Shown: positions 34,701-45,900 of the stretch, piece after piece
Layout: every line of letters starts with the position of its first letter
How positions within the stretch are numbered: position 1 is the stretch's first letter
NCBI GenBank assembly: GCA_001600695.1
Contig: BCKQ01000002.1
Coordinates: forward strand, 889,184 to 953,183
Direction of reading: 5' to 3'
Length of the DNA stretch: 64,000 bases
From: Ascoidea asiatica JCM 7603
Taxonomy: Eukaryota > Fungi > Ascomycota
Made by a program: the position numbers and the translations under genes
Notes under the pieces: generated by a model
What the model was told of the DNA's origin: nothing
The model's input: the letters and a program-made list of their open reading frames with translations, nothing else
Databases searched by the model: none

Positions 34701-35978
34701 GCAAAGATTCCACATCAAGGGAAGAATTTACTTGAAAAACTTTTAGATCTTGATCCAAAGAAAAGAATAAATGCTGAAGCGGCATTAGATCATCCTTATT
34801 TTAGATCGGCTCCTTTTGCAAAAGCAAATCCATGGGATTATCCTGCATTCGAAGAAAGTCATGAAATGGATATAAAAAGATATAGACAAGAAAAAAAGGT
34901 GCTAATCAAAAAAAACACAACAAATCAAATAAGAGACCCTAAGTTTGGTAAAGGTAACAATCATTTTAGAACTAGGGTCGATGAGAAAAAAGATTTTAAC
35001 TCGAGTGCTAAGGATGAGCGTGGGAAACTTAGATATAAAGAAAATATACAACTACATAATGATAGGCATAGCACTCAAATTCGGAATTCAAAATTGGGAG
35101 AAAATTCTACTAGTTCTGTGAAATTGTTATCTTCTTCAACAGTCAAAAAAGAAGATACAGTGAAACTTATTGTCCCACCAAAGAAACCAGAAGAAAAATT
35201 GTCTGCTTCATCAATGATCGAGTTCCTTGGTAAAAAAAAGGAGCCTATGTTCGATAGTGATATTTTTAAGAAAATTGGCAGGCCCATTCTGAGTGCTGTG
35301 AAAAAAGTGAATGTAAATACTAAAAAGAGAGAAACAGATATCGCAAAGCCAAATAAATTAGTTACTAATTTGGATAGTTCTATTAAGAAGAAAGAAACGG
35401 ATATTTCAAAGCATAAGGCAGCTAGCAATTTGGATAGTTCTGCTAAAAACAATTCTCTGGTTTATAAAGAAATAGTTCGCAATGATGAAAAAGAACTTTT
35501 AAAAGTTAAAAAAGAAGTTCAAAACGGTAAAAAAGAAATTCAAAATGGTAAAAAAGAAGTTCAAAATGGTACAAAGGAATTGGTTAATAGTCACAGCAAT
35601 GTTTTGAATAAAGTGAAAGTTAAGCTTGAAATAAGTGAAAATCCTGCTTTATTGCAGAATAGGGATAACGTGGAAGAAAAGAAGCTTGCTATGAAGACAG
35701 ATGAAATTAAACCAGAAAAAATCTCTGACAAATCAATTATCATCAAGAAAGAAATTAATCAAGATCGAGGCACTATACCTTTCGTCCCTTTACATAATTC
35801 AGAAAATCTTAACTCCAAACAAACAGATGAGACTGAAGAATTGCTTTCCTTACTAAAAATCATTGAAGGTTGTTCTCCCTTGTCTCATATAAGTATTTCT
35901 CCTCCCCCTAGAAAAAGGCGTTCCGCTCAATCTATAAATCATTTGCCACCTAATAAGAAAAGAAAAGTTGAAAAATAG
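31665..35978 (+). CDS. SGV1: Transcription-elongation CDK9-type kinase Bur1/Sgv1 with long low-complexity extensions
   Basis: GEGTFG, VALKK, FPLTSLRE (PITALRE-like), HRDIKTANLL, DFG, YTPLVVTRWYRAPE, and the Bur1-type SHEMDIKRY. Confidence 0.85.
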
Positions 35979-36301
35979 CTTTAAATAGTTTTCATATTGT
36001 AATTTTTTTGTATTAATAGTTTTTTGTATAGTTTAAAGGCGATTCATGTAAAGTGCTAAAAATAGCATTCATGTTTGGAAATTACTAGGGTAGACCAGGT
36101 GAGAAATTACAAGTTTGGGCATATGGAAGATTTTTTGTTAATTATGCATACTCAACAGCATCTAAGAAAAATGTGAAATTTGAGTAAAGCTTTATTTTGA
36201 ATGCGAAAAAATATTGAAAGAACAAACTGAAAGAATAAAAATTAAATGAATGAAAGAGAGAGTACTTGAAACAGAGTCGAAGTCACCAGAATTGAGAATC
36301 T

Positions 36302-39300
36302 TTAAACATTTTTTACCAATCGAGAGCCAGAAATTCTGCATAATTCTTCGATAGATTTTATATAATTAATATGAACTTTGAAGAGAAATCTATCTTGAAT
36401 AAGTAATTTAGCTGTATTTTTGAACTTGCCCTTACGACTTTTATCGTACGACACCCTGACCACCAATTTCCCTAGCAGAATTGGATTTTCTAACAATTTA
36501 AACTTAAATTGAAGATTAATAAACTTGCATATTAATAAATAATCATTGAAAAATATTAAGCACACACTTTCATTGGTGATACCCATAAAACTTGAGCCAG
36601 CAACTTGAGCATTAACCAAAAAAAAAGATTCAAGTCTCTTCTGTTTCCCATGATTAATTTTCAAATCATTTATGCATAAAATCTCAGTTAATGTCTGTGT
36701 TTCAATAAATCCATGAAACTTTTGAAATCTATTTATAAAACCTTTCACTGAATTTTTAGCTTTCACATAATTGTCATACAATGAATGATGTCTGGAATAG
36801 AAATTTTTTAAGCTGCAAATTAATTTATAATTAACTTTTAAAATACTATCGTAATTAGTAAGAATATCTTCAAAATCTTTCGTTCCAATAACACGATTAT
36901 ATTCGAGCTCACGGGAAAATTTATATAGCCTTTCTAAAATGTTAAAATAGTTGCTATCATTATTTCTCTGTAAGCTTCTACCGATTTTGATAAATAATTC
37001 AACAAATTTATAATTTTCAATAAATGTATTCCATATTTTAGGTGCTTGTTTAGACCAATTTTCAAAGATTAGAAATATTCCATGTGTAATAATATAGCCT
37101 TGTTCTTTCATGATTCTCAACAAAGGAATGAATATATCTTGAAGGTGACTTCGTAATATAGTTCTAAAATTAAAAAAGCAGTGATCATAAAAGTTTTCTA
37201 CCGAAAAAGGCTCCACGATATAAAGATCCTTTTGTCTTCTAAAAATTTCTCCACTGGATATAAATCTGGACAACTTGGAAATAAATAACGACTGAGTTTT
37301 GACTAAATTGAAAACATTTGTTTGCCTTATAATTTCATTTGGATCCAAATTTTTAAAATCAGTAGATTCTAAATTCCAATAAGTAGCCCAATCTGTCTGA
37401 AAGTCTTGACAAATTTCTAAAATTTTGTATTTTCGAGAATCTATAAGAATATAGTTCTCATCAAAATATTGAATTCCTAATTTATTTTTTCTCTTGCTGC
37501 CTTTTCTTTTATTTTTGCTACTTTCCATTCCAGTATGTGTTTCGACGGTCTTACCATTAACATTAATGGAGGTTTTAATCTCAGCAGCCGTAAGAAGAGT
37601 GTTAGAAGTTGCGGTGGATGTTGCATTACTAGTCTCTCTTTTTGTCTTTGCTGGTCCATTTTGATTTGATGGCATCGGATTAACACTAGAATTACTTCTA
37701 CTAACAGGATTTTTTGCTTCTATTACTTTTGAGTCTGTTTGACTTCTTTGTTCACTTTCAGCTAGATTAAGCACATTAGGTTCTTTAATTGATTGATATT
37801 GGATATTTTGAGGTCTAATATTTGAAGATTGGTTAAATTCAAAAGTATCATTGACTATACTTTTTGGTTGACTTTGATTTGAAAATCCAACTGCCGATGG
37901 GATAGATATAGGAATTGGAGTTTGTTGTACTCTATTCGAAGCAGGTTTAATATTTTGATTGGAAATAACGTCCGAAGTAAAATTGTTATTACTAATAATG
38001 TCTTTTTGAGGATAAGATATATTTTTAGAGTCTATATTTCTATCCATAGTTTTGGAAAAATTTCCTTTTCCAGGTGTACCATTAGCAGATGGTGAATGAA
38101 TTGAGCTTTTGATCGGAGTGTTATTTATTGTTGCTGTTGCAGTGATGGCACTTGAAATCGGTTTTAAAGTAGAATCGGAAAAATTCAGATTCCCTTTTGT
38201 TTCGACATTATTTTTGTTGGTTGCTGTTCTAACTAAAGGTGCCTGGTTGCTGTTATAAAAGTCTAAAGGAATAGATTTAAAATCACCAGTTTTTTGAATA
38301 CTATCATTTGAAGCAGACTTTGGATTTGAGTCTTGCATTGCACCTGACTGCATATTTGGGTTTGACACAGATGTTAAATCATTATTCGATAATTGATTAT
38401 TATTATTATGATTAATTGTAGTGGGAGTATTCATTATAGTAAACTGACTTGGAATGGTACTAGATATACTTGAGTTTGTATTAAAATTCACAACTTCTGT
38501 TGGAACCTGACCAGCATTAATGCTTGGTTTATGAACAGGTCTTGTGAATGTTCCATCAGCATTGCTTAAAATATTATCATTATTATTATTTATTGAAAGA
38601 TTTCTATTGAAAACTCTATTGAATTCATCAATTGGCATTTCTCTTAGCATTATTTTTTCAGTTTTTAAAATTGAATCTCTCTGATAAAGTCTATTAATAA
38701 AATAACCGTTATTATCTAACAAAATTTTTAACATTAATCTTTGATATAGGAAGTCACTATTTGAATTCGAGTCATCAGAGTTATATTTTATTGAAAATTG
38801 TCTTAACTCATCAATGCTAGTTATATTGTTTGAGCTACTTTTAAGAGAATTATTTGAATTATTATTCAAAAAAAAGCAATTATGAAAAATTGTGGATAAA
38901 TTAAAAGAATTAATTTTTGTAACATTATAAATATCACTATAATTATTAATATCCGAAAATTTAGATAAGAAATGTATTAAATAAATTAATAAATGTAAAT
39001 ATTCAATATCTAAATTGATTAAAACCATATCAACAAAATAATCTAAAAATTGATTAATTTGAAATTTTACGAGATTATGATCATCATTAGTGATTAAGTT
39101 TGCATTTGGATCAATTGAATAAATGATATTTAGATTAGTTGGAATACTTGAAAATTGTAATAAATTATTATAATTCTTTTTTTTGAATTCTAATAATAGT
39201 AAATTATTAACTTTTGTTGAAATAATTGGACAAGGTAAAGAATTTAAATAAGCTTTCAATAAATCAGCAACATCATAAGCAGAAATTTTGAATTTAGTAG

Positions 39301-40459
39301 CTGTATTATTTTGAATTGAATCTAATTTATTTGCATTCTCAAGATTGGAATTGATATTGGAATTGATATTTTCATTATTTGAAAAAGTCATATCATTAGT
39401 ATTGCTGTTATTATTATTAGAGTTTAGAATAGAATTTGAATTAAGTGAAAAAGTTCTACTATTGCTGTTATTGTTACTATATTGTGGCTTATGAACATTT
39501 TTGACAATAAAAGTTTTCTTCTTATTTTTTCTAAAATTAAAACGATGATGATGGTTATTATTATTATGATTTGATATTGAATTTCTTTCAGTACCTGATC
39601 TCGATAAATTAAGTGATTTTGTTTTTGATTTTGATTTTGATTTTGATTTTGATTTTGATCTAGATAAAGTTTTGTTTTTATATTTTAAATTTAGGAAATA
39701 TAATTTGATCAAAGCTAAAAGATTTATTAATTTATTTCTTTGAATTTGATTTGAAATTAAAGAAGTTTCTGAATTGAATTTATCAACATTTGTACTTTTT
39801 TCATTTGGATTAAAGTTATTTGTATTAGAAGTAACAATATTACTGTTAATTGTTTTAGTGTTAGTAATATCATTTGTAATTGTATTTGTTGAAATTTCAT
39901 CTAATTCATCAATTTTATCTAAACTATTATTTTGAACAGTTGTTTTAATATTTGGTATGATTTGATTTGTTGTATTAATATGGGAATTTTGAGAATTAAA
40001 TTGATTATCAATTTTAGTTGTAGTATCTTTTGATTGATTTAATTCAATATTAATTAAATTATTTAAATTAGATATTAAAATATCTTGATTTGGATGATTA
40101 TTTAAATAATTTTTTAAAAAATTAATAATAAGTTTATTACCATTAATTCTAAAAATTGCTAAAATATTTAAATAATTTAATTCATTTAAAAATTCAGTTG
40201 AATTTATAATAATATATGGAATTAATAAAATTATTGAATTTGTGAAAAAAAAAGGATTGTTAATAGTTGCCGGAATTGGAATTGGAGGATCAATAATATA
40301 TTTTGGTATATTTTTTACAACTTCTTTTAAAGGTTGACCAAATAATCCATTATTTGATTGTACTGAAGTATTTGAATTACTTGAATTACTATTATTGGTA
40401 TAACCAATATTATTATTTGGATCCAAATATGTTGAATTTGTGATTTTATTTGTTTCCAT
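36302..40459 (-). CDS. RhoGAP + degenerate DH-PH fusion protein, paralogue A (1385 aa)
   Basis: RhoGAP motifs GLFGQPL, IFRINGN, DVADLLKAYLNSLP and KINSFNLSTIF. C-terminal W..YW..EIIRQTNVFNLVKTQ and LIFFNDYLLICK..FKLLENPILL resemble Tus1/Rom DH-PH. Confidence 0.75.
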   Translation of the reverse strand: METNKITNSTYLDPNNNIGYTNNSNSSNSNTSVQSNNGLFGQPLKEVVKNIPKYIIDPPIPIPATINNPFFFTNSIILLIPYIIINSTEFLNELNYLNILAIFRINGNKLIINFLKNYLNNHPNQDILISNLNNLINIELNQSKDTTTKIDNQFNSQNSHINTTNQIIPNIKTTVQNNSLDKIDELDEISTNTITNDITNTKTINSNIVTSNTNNFNPNEKSTNVDKFNSETSLISNQIQRNKLINLLALIKLYFLNLKYKNKTLSRSKSKSKSKSKSKTKSLNLSRSGTERNSISNHNNNNHHHRFNFRKNKKKTFIVKNVHKPQYSNNNSNSRTFSLNSNSILNSNNNNSNTNDMTFSNNENINSNINSNLENANKLDSIQNNTATKFKISAYDVADLLKAYLNSLPCPIISTKVNNLLLLEFKKKNYNNLLQFSSIPTNLNIIYSIDPNANLITNDDHNLVKFQINQFLDYFVDMVLINLDIEYLHLLIYLIHFLSKFSDINNYSDIYNVTKINSFNLSTIFHNCFFLNNNSNNSLKSSSNNITSIDELRQFSIKYNSDDSNSNSDFLYQRLMLKILLDNNGYFINRLYQRDSILKTEKIMLREMPIDEFNRVFNRNLSINNNNDNILSNADGTFTRPVHKPSINAGQVPTEVVNFNTNSSISSTIPSQFTIMNTPTTINHNNNNQLSNNDLTSVSNPNMQSGAMQDSNPKSASNDSIQKTGDFKSIPLDFYNSNQAPLVRTATNKNNVETKGNLNFSDSTLKPISSAITATATINNTPIKSSIHSPSANGTPGKGNFSKTMDRNIDSKNISYPQKDIISNNNFTSDVISNQNIKPASNRVQQTPIPISIPSAVGFSNQSQPKSIVNDTFEFNQSSNIRPQNIQYQSIKEPNVLNLAESEQRSQTDSKVIEAKNPVSRSNSSVNPMPSNQNGPAKTKRETSNATSTATSNTLLTAAEIKTSINVNGKTVETHTGMESSKNKRKGSKRKNKLGIQYFDENYILIDSRKYKILEICQDFQTDWATYWNLESTDFKNLDPNEIIRQTNVFNLVKTQSLFISKLSRFISSGEIFRRQKDLYIVEPFSVENFYDHCFFNFRTILRSHLQDIFIPLLRIMKEQGYIITHGIFLIFENWSKQAPKIWNTFIENYKFVELFIKIGRSLQRNNDSNYFNILERLYKFSRELEYNRVIGTKDFEDILTNYDSILKVNYKLICSLKNFYSRHHSLYDNYVKAKNSVKGFINRFQKFHGFIETQTLTEILCINDLKINHGKQKRLESFFLVNAQVAGSSFMGITNESVCLIFFNDYLLICKFINLQFKFKLLENPILLGKLVVRVSYDKSRKGKFKNTAKLLIQDRFLFKVHINYIKSIEELCRISGSRLVKNV

Positions 40460-41997
40460 TTTTACAAAATAAATTATGAAATTTATTTAAGGAAAAGAGA
40501 TTTGGTTTAATGAGAATATTTTTTTTTTTTTTTTATTGTCTATTGTTCAAAGTTGTGAATATAATTTAAAGGAAAAGTAAATATGATTTGAAAAAGTGAA
40601 AGTGAAAGATTAAATATATAACTTGAAAGAAGTTTGGAAAAGTTAAGAAGTTTTTAAAGAAGGGATTTGATGAGTTTATATGATTGAAATATATTTATTT
40701 ACCAGAGATTTACAATTAATATTGTACCGTAATAATCTCATTAAGATTTTAACAATTAAATTGGGATAATATTCAAAATGAGTTCTTTTAGGTTGAAAGT
40801 TTGATTTGAATAATTTGATTAAACTTGAAAGATTAGTAATGACGAAAATTAGTCGAGCATTTATTTCTTAAGTATCATGAAATAAGATGTAAGGATCAAT
40901 TAATATAATTAGGTAATATTCTAATTTATATTACAATTCATAATTCATAATTCCCATATATTTCATATATTTCAAATTTTAGATTAGTTTATTAACAATC
41001 ATTTTACTCTAAGATAGATTGATATCAGAGTCCAACTGATTGAATATGATAATAGTGAACTCATGATAATCTCAAGTTTATTAAATTTTAATAAATGTTT
41101 TGATTCTGATTTAGTTTTAATTTTTGAACCGAGTTTATTAAAAATCTCGTCTAGATTTAACTTGTTTCAAATTAGTAGACAAATTAAGATCAGGTAATTA
41201 AATTTCTTTAGCACATAAATGATGATTGTTGAATAAAGGTTAACCTGTTATTGAAGAGAATAATAAATAATAAATAAAGGTTAAAAAATAATAATTAATA
41301 AATAAATAATAAATAATAAATAGTAAATGAATAATAAGTTAAAAATTATTAGACGCTGAATCTAATTTCTAAGACCCATTGTTCTGGATTTTTGATCAGT
41401 AGTTTCCTGTTAAGAGTGCATTAAAGTAAATATTAATGCACTTTTCTCTTTTGATTGAGTTCCGGCTGGAACTATCCTCGGAATTCAAACTTACGAATTC
41501 TCTAGAATCTGGTTTCATATTAATTTGTATCTCGTGATTATACCTCTATTTTTGAAAGGAAAGGCATCAGAAATTGGTGATTTTGGTGGTATTTCCAACA
41601 ATATAAAAGCTATTATAATTCCTTAGTTTTACTAACTTTAACTTTATGAGCATTAATATTGATTAAGGGGATTATTGATATGTATAATTATTAGCCAACT
41701 TTAATATTAAACTCAAAATTGAAAAAAAATGTTTAAAAAAAAAAAAATCAAACGTATTATTAAATCTCTATGATCCTTATCAAGGCGATATAATGAAATA
41801 ACCAACAAAAACATATATAAATCCAAGAAGTAAAAAATGAACAAGGATTGAGAATTAAGAAACAAGAAATTCAAGAATTGAGAATTGAATTATTGTAAAG
41901 CTTAAAAAAAAAACATTATCTAACCTTATTACATAAAAAACCAGTTATTATATATCATAAAATTTCATTCTAATTTTAAATTATTTTTATTATTGAC

Positions 41998-42339
41998 TTA
42001 TTCACCAACTTTTTTTGAACTACAAGCAACAATCTTTAATTTTTCAATATTTTTCTCTTTTTGATCTAATTTCATATTTAAATCTGTTATTTTAAATGTC
42101 CAAACATCATCACAAAAATTATAAACACTTAAATGTCCTTTGAAACTTAATTTACTTTTAATTATATTTGCATCTTTTAATTTTTCACTTATGACTTTAT
42201 CAAATGTTGATAATACTTGAATAGCTAATTGTGGTTGAATTTTTTGTTCTAAGATTAAATAATCTAGAGCATCAGTTAATGCAGTTCCAATAGTTGTAAT
42301 TCTATACAATTCATAATATCCAGTGTTATTTGCACTCAT
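41998..42339 (-). CDS. TOA2: TFIIA small (gamma) subunit
   Basis: YYELYR..IG.AL.DALD, FDKVI, KGHL..Y.FCDDVWTF and LKIVAC. Confidence 0.95.
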   Translation of the reverse strand: MSANNTGYYELYRITTIGTALTDALDYLILEQKIQPQLAIQVLSTFDKVISEKLKDANIIKSKLSFKGHLSVYNFCDDVWTFKITDLNMKLDQKEKNIEKLKIVACSSKKVGE

Positions 42340-42619
42340 CTTTTATTCTTAATTTTTCAATAAACTCATATACAGATACTATTCTGTTATATTCTCACAA
42401 CTATTATACTAGTATTATACTCTTATTATCACTGTCTGTCTGTTTATGATTCCATGTCTATTCCATGTCTATTCCATGTCTATTTCATTGTCTTCTCTTG
42501 ATCATCACTTCACAACTGCTTTCTGTCGGTAGCACAAGTCATATTCATCCTTGCCAGAATAATGTCCGTTACCCTTCTGCTTTCCGTCAGTTTCACCTTA
42601 AAGCTTGCAAGCTATAAAC

Positions 42620-42722
42620 TTATCAAGTTATCAAGCTATCAAATTTTCAAGTTATCAAGTTATCAAGCTATCGCGCACGAATGATTTTTTTACGTAAGAA
42701 GCCTTTTTTGCCCATTACGTAA
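42620..42722. promoter_or_regulatory. Array of about seven (T/C)TATCAAG-type 8-mers plus two TTACGTAA (ATF/CRE-like) palindromes upstream of TOA2
   Basis: 8-mer repeats at 42620-42672; TTACGTAA at 42690-42697 and 42715-42722. Confidence 0.45.
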
Positions 42723-42920
42723 TGTTCTGGGGAAATTCTGTATATTATTCACTATCCAAATTATTAATTTTATTAAATTATAAAACAAAAATGTTTAAAA
42801 TAAATTATAATATAAACATTATTTAAAACTAAAACTTATTTAAATATAATGAAAACCATTTCCAGATCTATATTCATTGCCATAGTCAGCATTACAAAGA
42901 CTATTTGTTAAGTTTACTCT

Positions 42921-45900
42921 TTATGATCTAGCTTTTATAATTAAGTCTAAATCATCTTTTAAAATAATATAGAAATTTCTTCTTACATTATTTTCTTCTG
43001 CATTATGAATATTACTGAAATAAACTTGATATTTTCCATCTGGAGTAATATTTGAAGTTCTTGGACGAATTTTTAATTCATTTAATTTAAAAAAACTTTC
43101 TGAAAAATTATTATAAATTTTAAAATTTCCTGATTCTGCTTCAAAATTACAAATTAGTAAAAATTTTCTAAATAAAAAAATTACACCATTATTTGTTAAG
43201 AAAGTTATTTTTATAGGTATTAATCTACAATCATCTTTATCTTCAGTATTAAAAATATTTTCATGATTTTCACTATTTTCTTTTTCTTTTCCAAAATCAA
43301 AATTTTTTAATACAATTTCTTTATAATTATTTTCCATTGAAATAAATTCAAAAATTCTTTTACATTTATATTCACTTCTTAAATTACTAATATCTTTATC
43401 AAAATTAATCATAATTTCTTTGGTTTTACAGTACAAGTGGTTTTCCAGAATTTCTTTATTTTCTTTATCTGTCTGTTTACTTTGAGATAAATCATTTCTT
43501 TGATCTATAGAACTCATATCATCAGGAGTATATTCCTTTTGTCCATTATTCTCATTGATTTTATAAAATTCAGATAATCCAACAATCGCTAATGAATTTG
43601 ATGACAAAATATAATTATATCTTTCAAATATTTTTTTCATTATATCTTTTGTCATAAATTTTTCTTTTTTAAGTAATTTATCATAAAAATATTTTTCAAA
43701 TAATTTCAATTGATCATTATAAATTCCATTTTCAACTTCTTGAAAAAAATTTCCTATTACAAAAAAATAATCCACTGTTGCAAATGAATAAACTAAATTA
43801 CAAAATTCTTTACAATTTTCCTTTTCACTATACCAATTATTTAATATAGATAAATATTCATTTCCAATTAAAATATTTTCATTTCCTTCAACCGGTAAAA
43901 TTCCTAATAATAAATCAACTAAATTTTTAAAACATGCAAGAATTTTTTCAAATGGTTTAAAACAACTTAAATAAAATTCAACATTTACAAAAGGAAAACA
44001 AATTTTTTCTTTTTTTTCTTCTTTAAATTTATTACCAATTCTTAAAAAACCTTCAATTGTTAAATAATAATAAATTTGATTTTTAATAATTTGAAATATT
44101 TTTTTTTGTTTACTTATAGTTTTTTCATTTAATTGTTCTTGAAGATATTTACTTGATATATTAAAAAAATTAACCCATCCACTATCAAATTTTTTATAAA
44201 TTTGTTCATAATTTAATTGACTTAAATTTGGTATAATAAATGGTTTAACAATTTCATTTTCACCACTATTAGAATTTTTAATTTCATTATTTTGAATATT
44301 CAAATCACCAAACCATTTTATAGCTTCATCTTCTGGAGATTTTCCATGATTATGTAAAACATTTGCTTTAGTAGATGTAACTATATTACTTAATCTTTTT
44401 AACATAACATCTCTTTTTTTACCTTTATTAGGAACATTACTTGTACTACTACTTCTTGATCTATTGGAACTTGTAGCTGATAATATTTTAAGATTATCTT
44501 GAGAAGTTAAGATATTTGTATCAACTGTTAACAGATTTCTAGAAGGGTTTGAATATGGACTTAAATTAATATTAGGAGAAGGATTTGAATTTTCAGCAAA
44601 ATTACTATTTGTTAATGATGAGGAATTTCTACCATTTGAATCAGAATTCAAATTAGAAATTGAATTAGAAATTGGAATTTGATTTGAATATGGAGTTGTC
44701 ATTTGAGACTTATTTTGAAATGGAATTTGACCTTGAACTGTATTAGAAGTTTTATTATCTGAAGAATTGTTCAAATCTTCAATACTATCATTTTCTTTAT
44801 GAAAATAACGATTAAATTCAAATAAATCAGTTTGAATCAAATCAATTTTATTTGTTTTTAAATTAACATCATTTAAAAGTAATTTTTGAATGAAATAATC
44901 ATTATTATCAATTAACATCTTTATAATAAATTTTTGTAAAATTGACTCATTTTTTGTATTTGAATCCATAATTAATAAATTTTTTGAATCTTTTAAATCT
45001 TTTAAGTTTGAAATAGCTGATATATTCAATTGTTCATTAAGAAAATATGATGGATTAAAAATGATTGAGATTGCAAAAGAATTAATTTTTAAATTTTTGA
45101 AAAAATCTGAATCTAAATTATTGAATAAATTGAATAAATTATTATTAAGATAGATGATTAAATCTAAATTATATTTATTTAAATTTTTTAAAAAAATTTT
45201 TATTACAAAATTTAAAAATCTTTGAATTTTAATTTTCAAAATTTCATTTATATCACTATTATATTTTGATATATCTAAAGAAGTTGAAGAAGGTAATTTA
45301 GAATTTAGTTTTTTAATGAATGAATTCAAAGAAGTTTCTTCATTAACTGAAAATTTTAAATCATAATCTTCATCTTTTCTTAAATAATTTATTAATATTT
45401 TAGATACATCAGGGGTTATTAAAGAAGAAGGTAAAGAATTTAAATATCTCTTTAATAAATTAGCCACATCATGATTTGATATTAGCTGAGTTAAACCTCC
45501 ATTGTTATTATTGTTATTATTATTATTATTGATGTTGGCATTAATATTATCAATATTTATTATTTCAAATGGATTTGCTTCAAATAAGTTTTGAAGATAT
45601 TTTATTGATTTTAAATTACCATTAATTCTGAATATACCTTCACTTTTTAAAAATTCATGTTGAATTAAAAAATCAATTGAAGATATTATAATTGAAGGTA
45701 CTTTTAAAGATATTAATTCAATTAATGATTGATTATTATTATGATTTGAGTTAAATTCATTCTCAACTTCATTTTCATTTTCATTTATTGTATCATTCAG
45801 ATTCTGATTTTCATAATCATAATAATCATTAATATTATGACTTAAAATTGGAAAAGGAGATAGAATTGGGCTTGAAAGAGTTTGAGAAGATATTACATCT

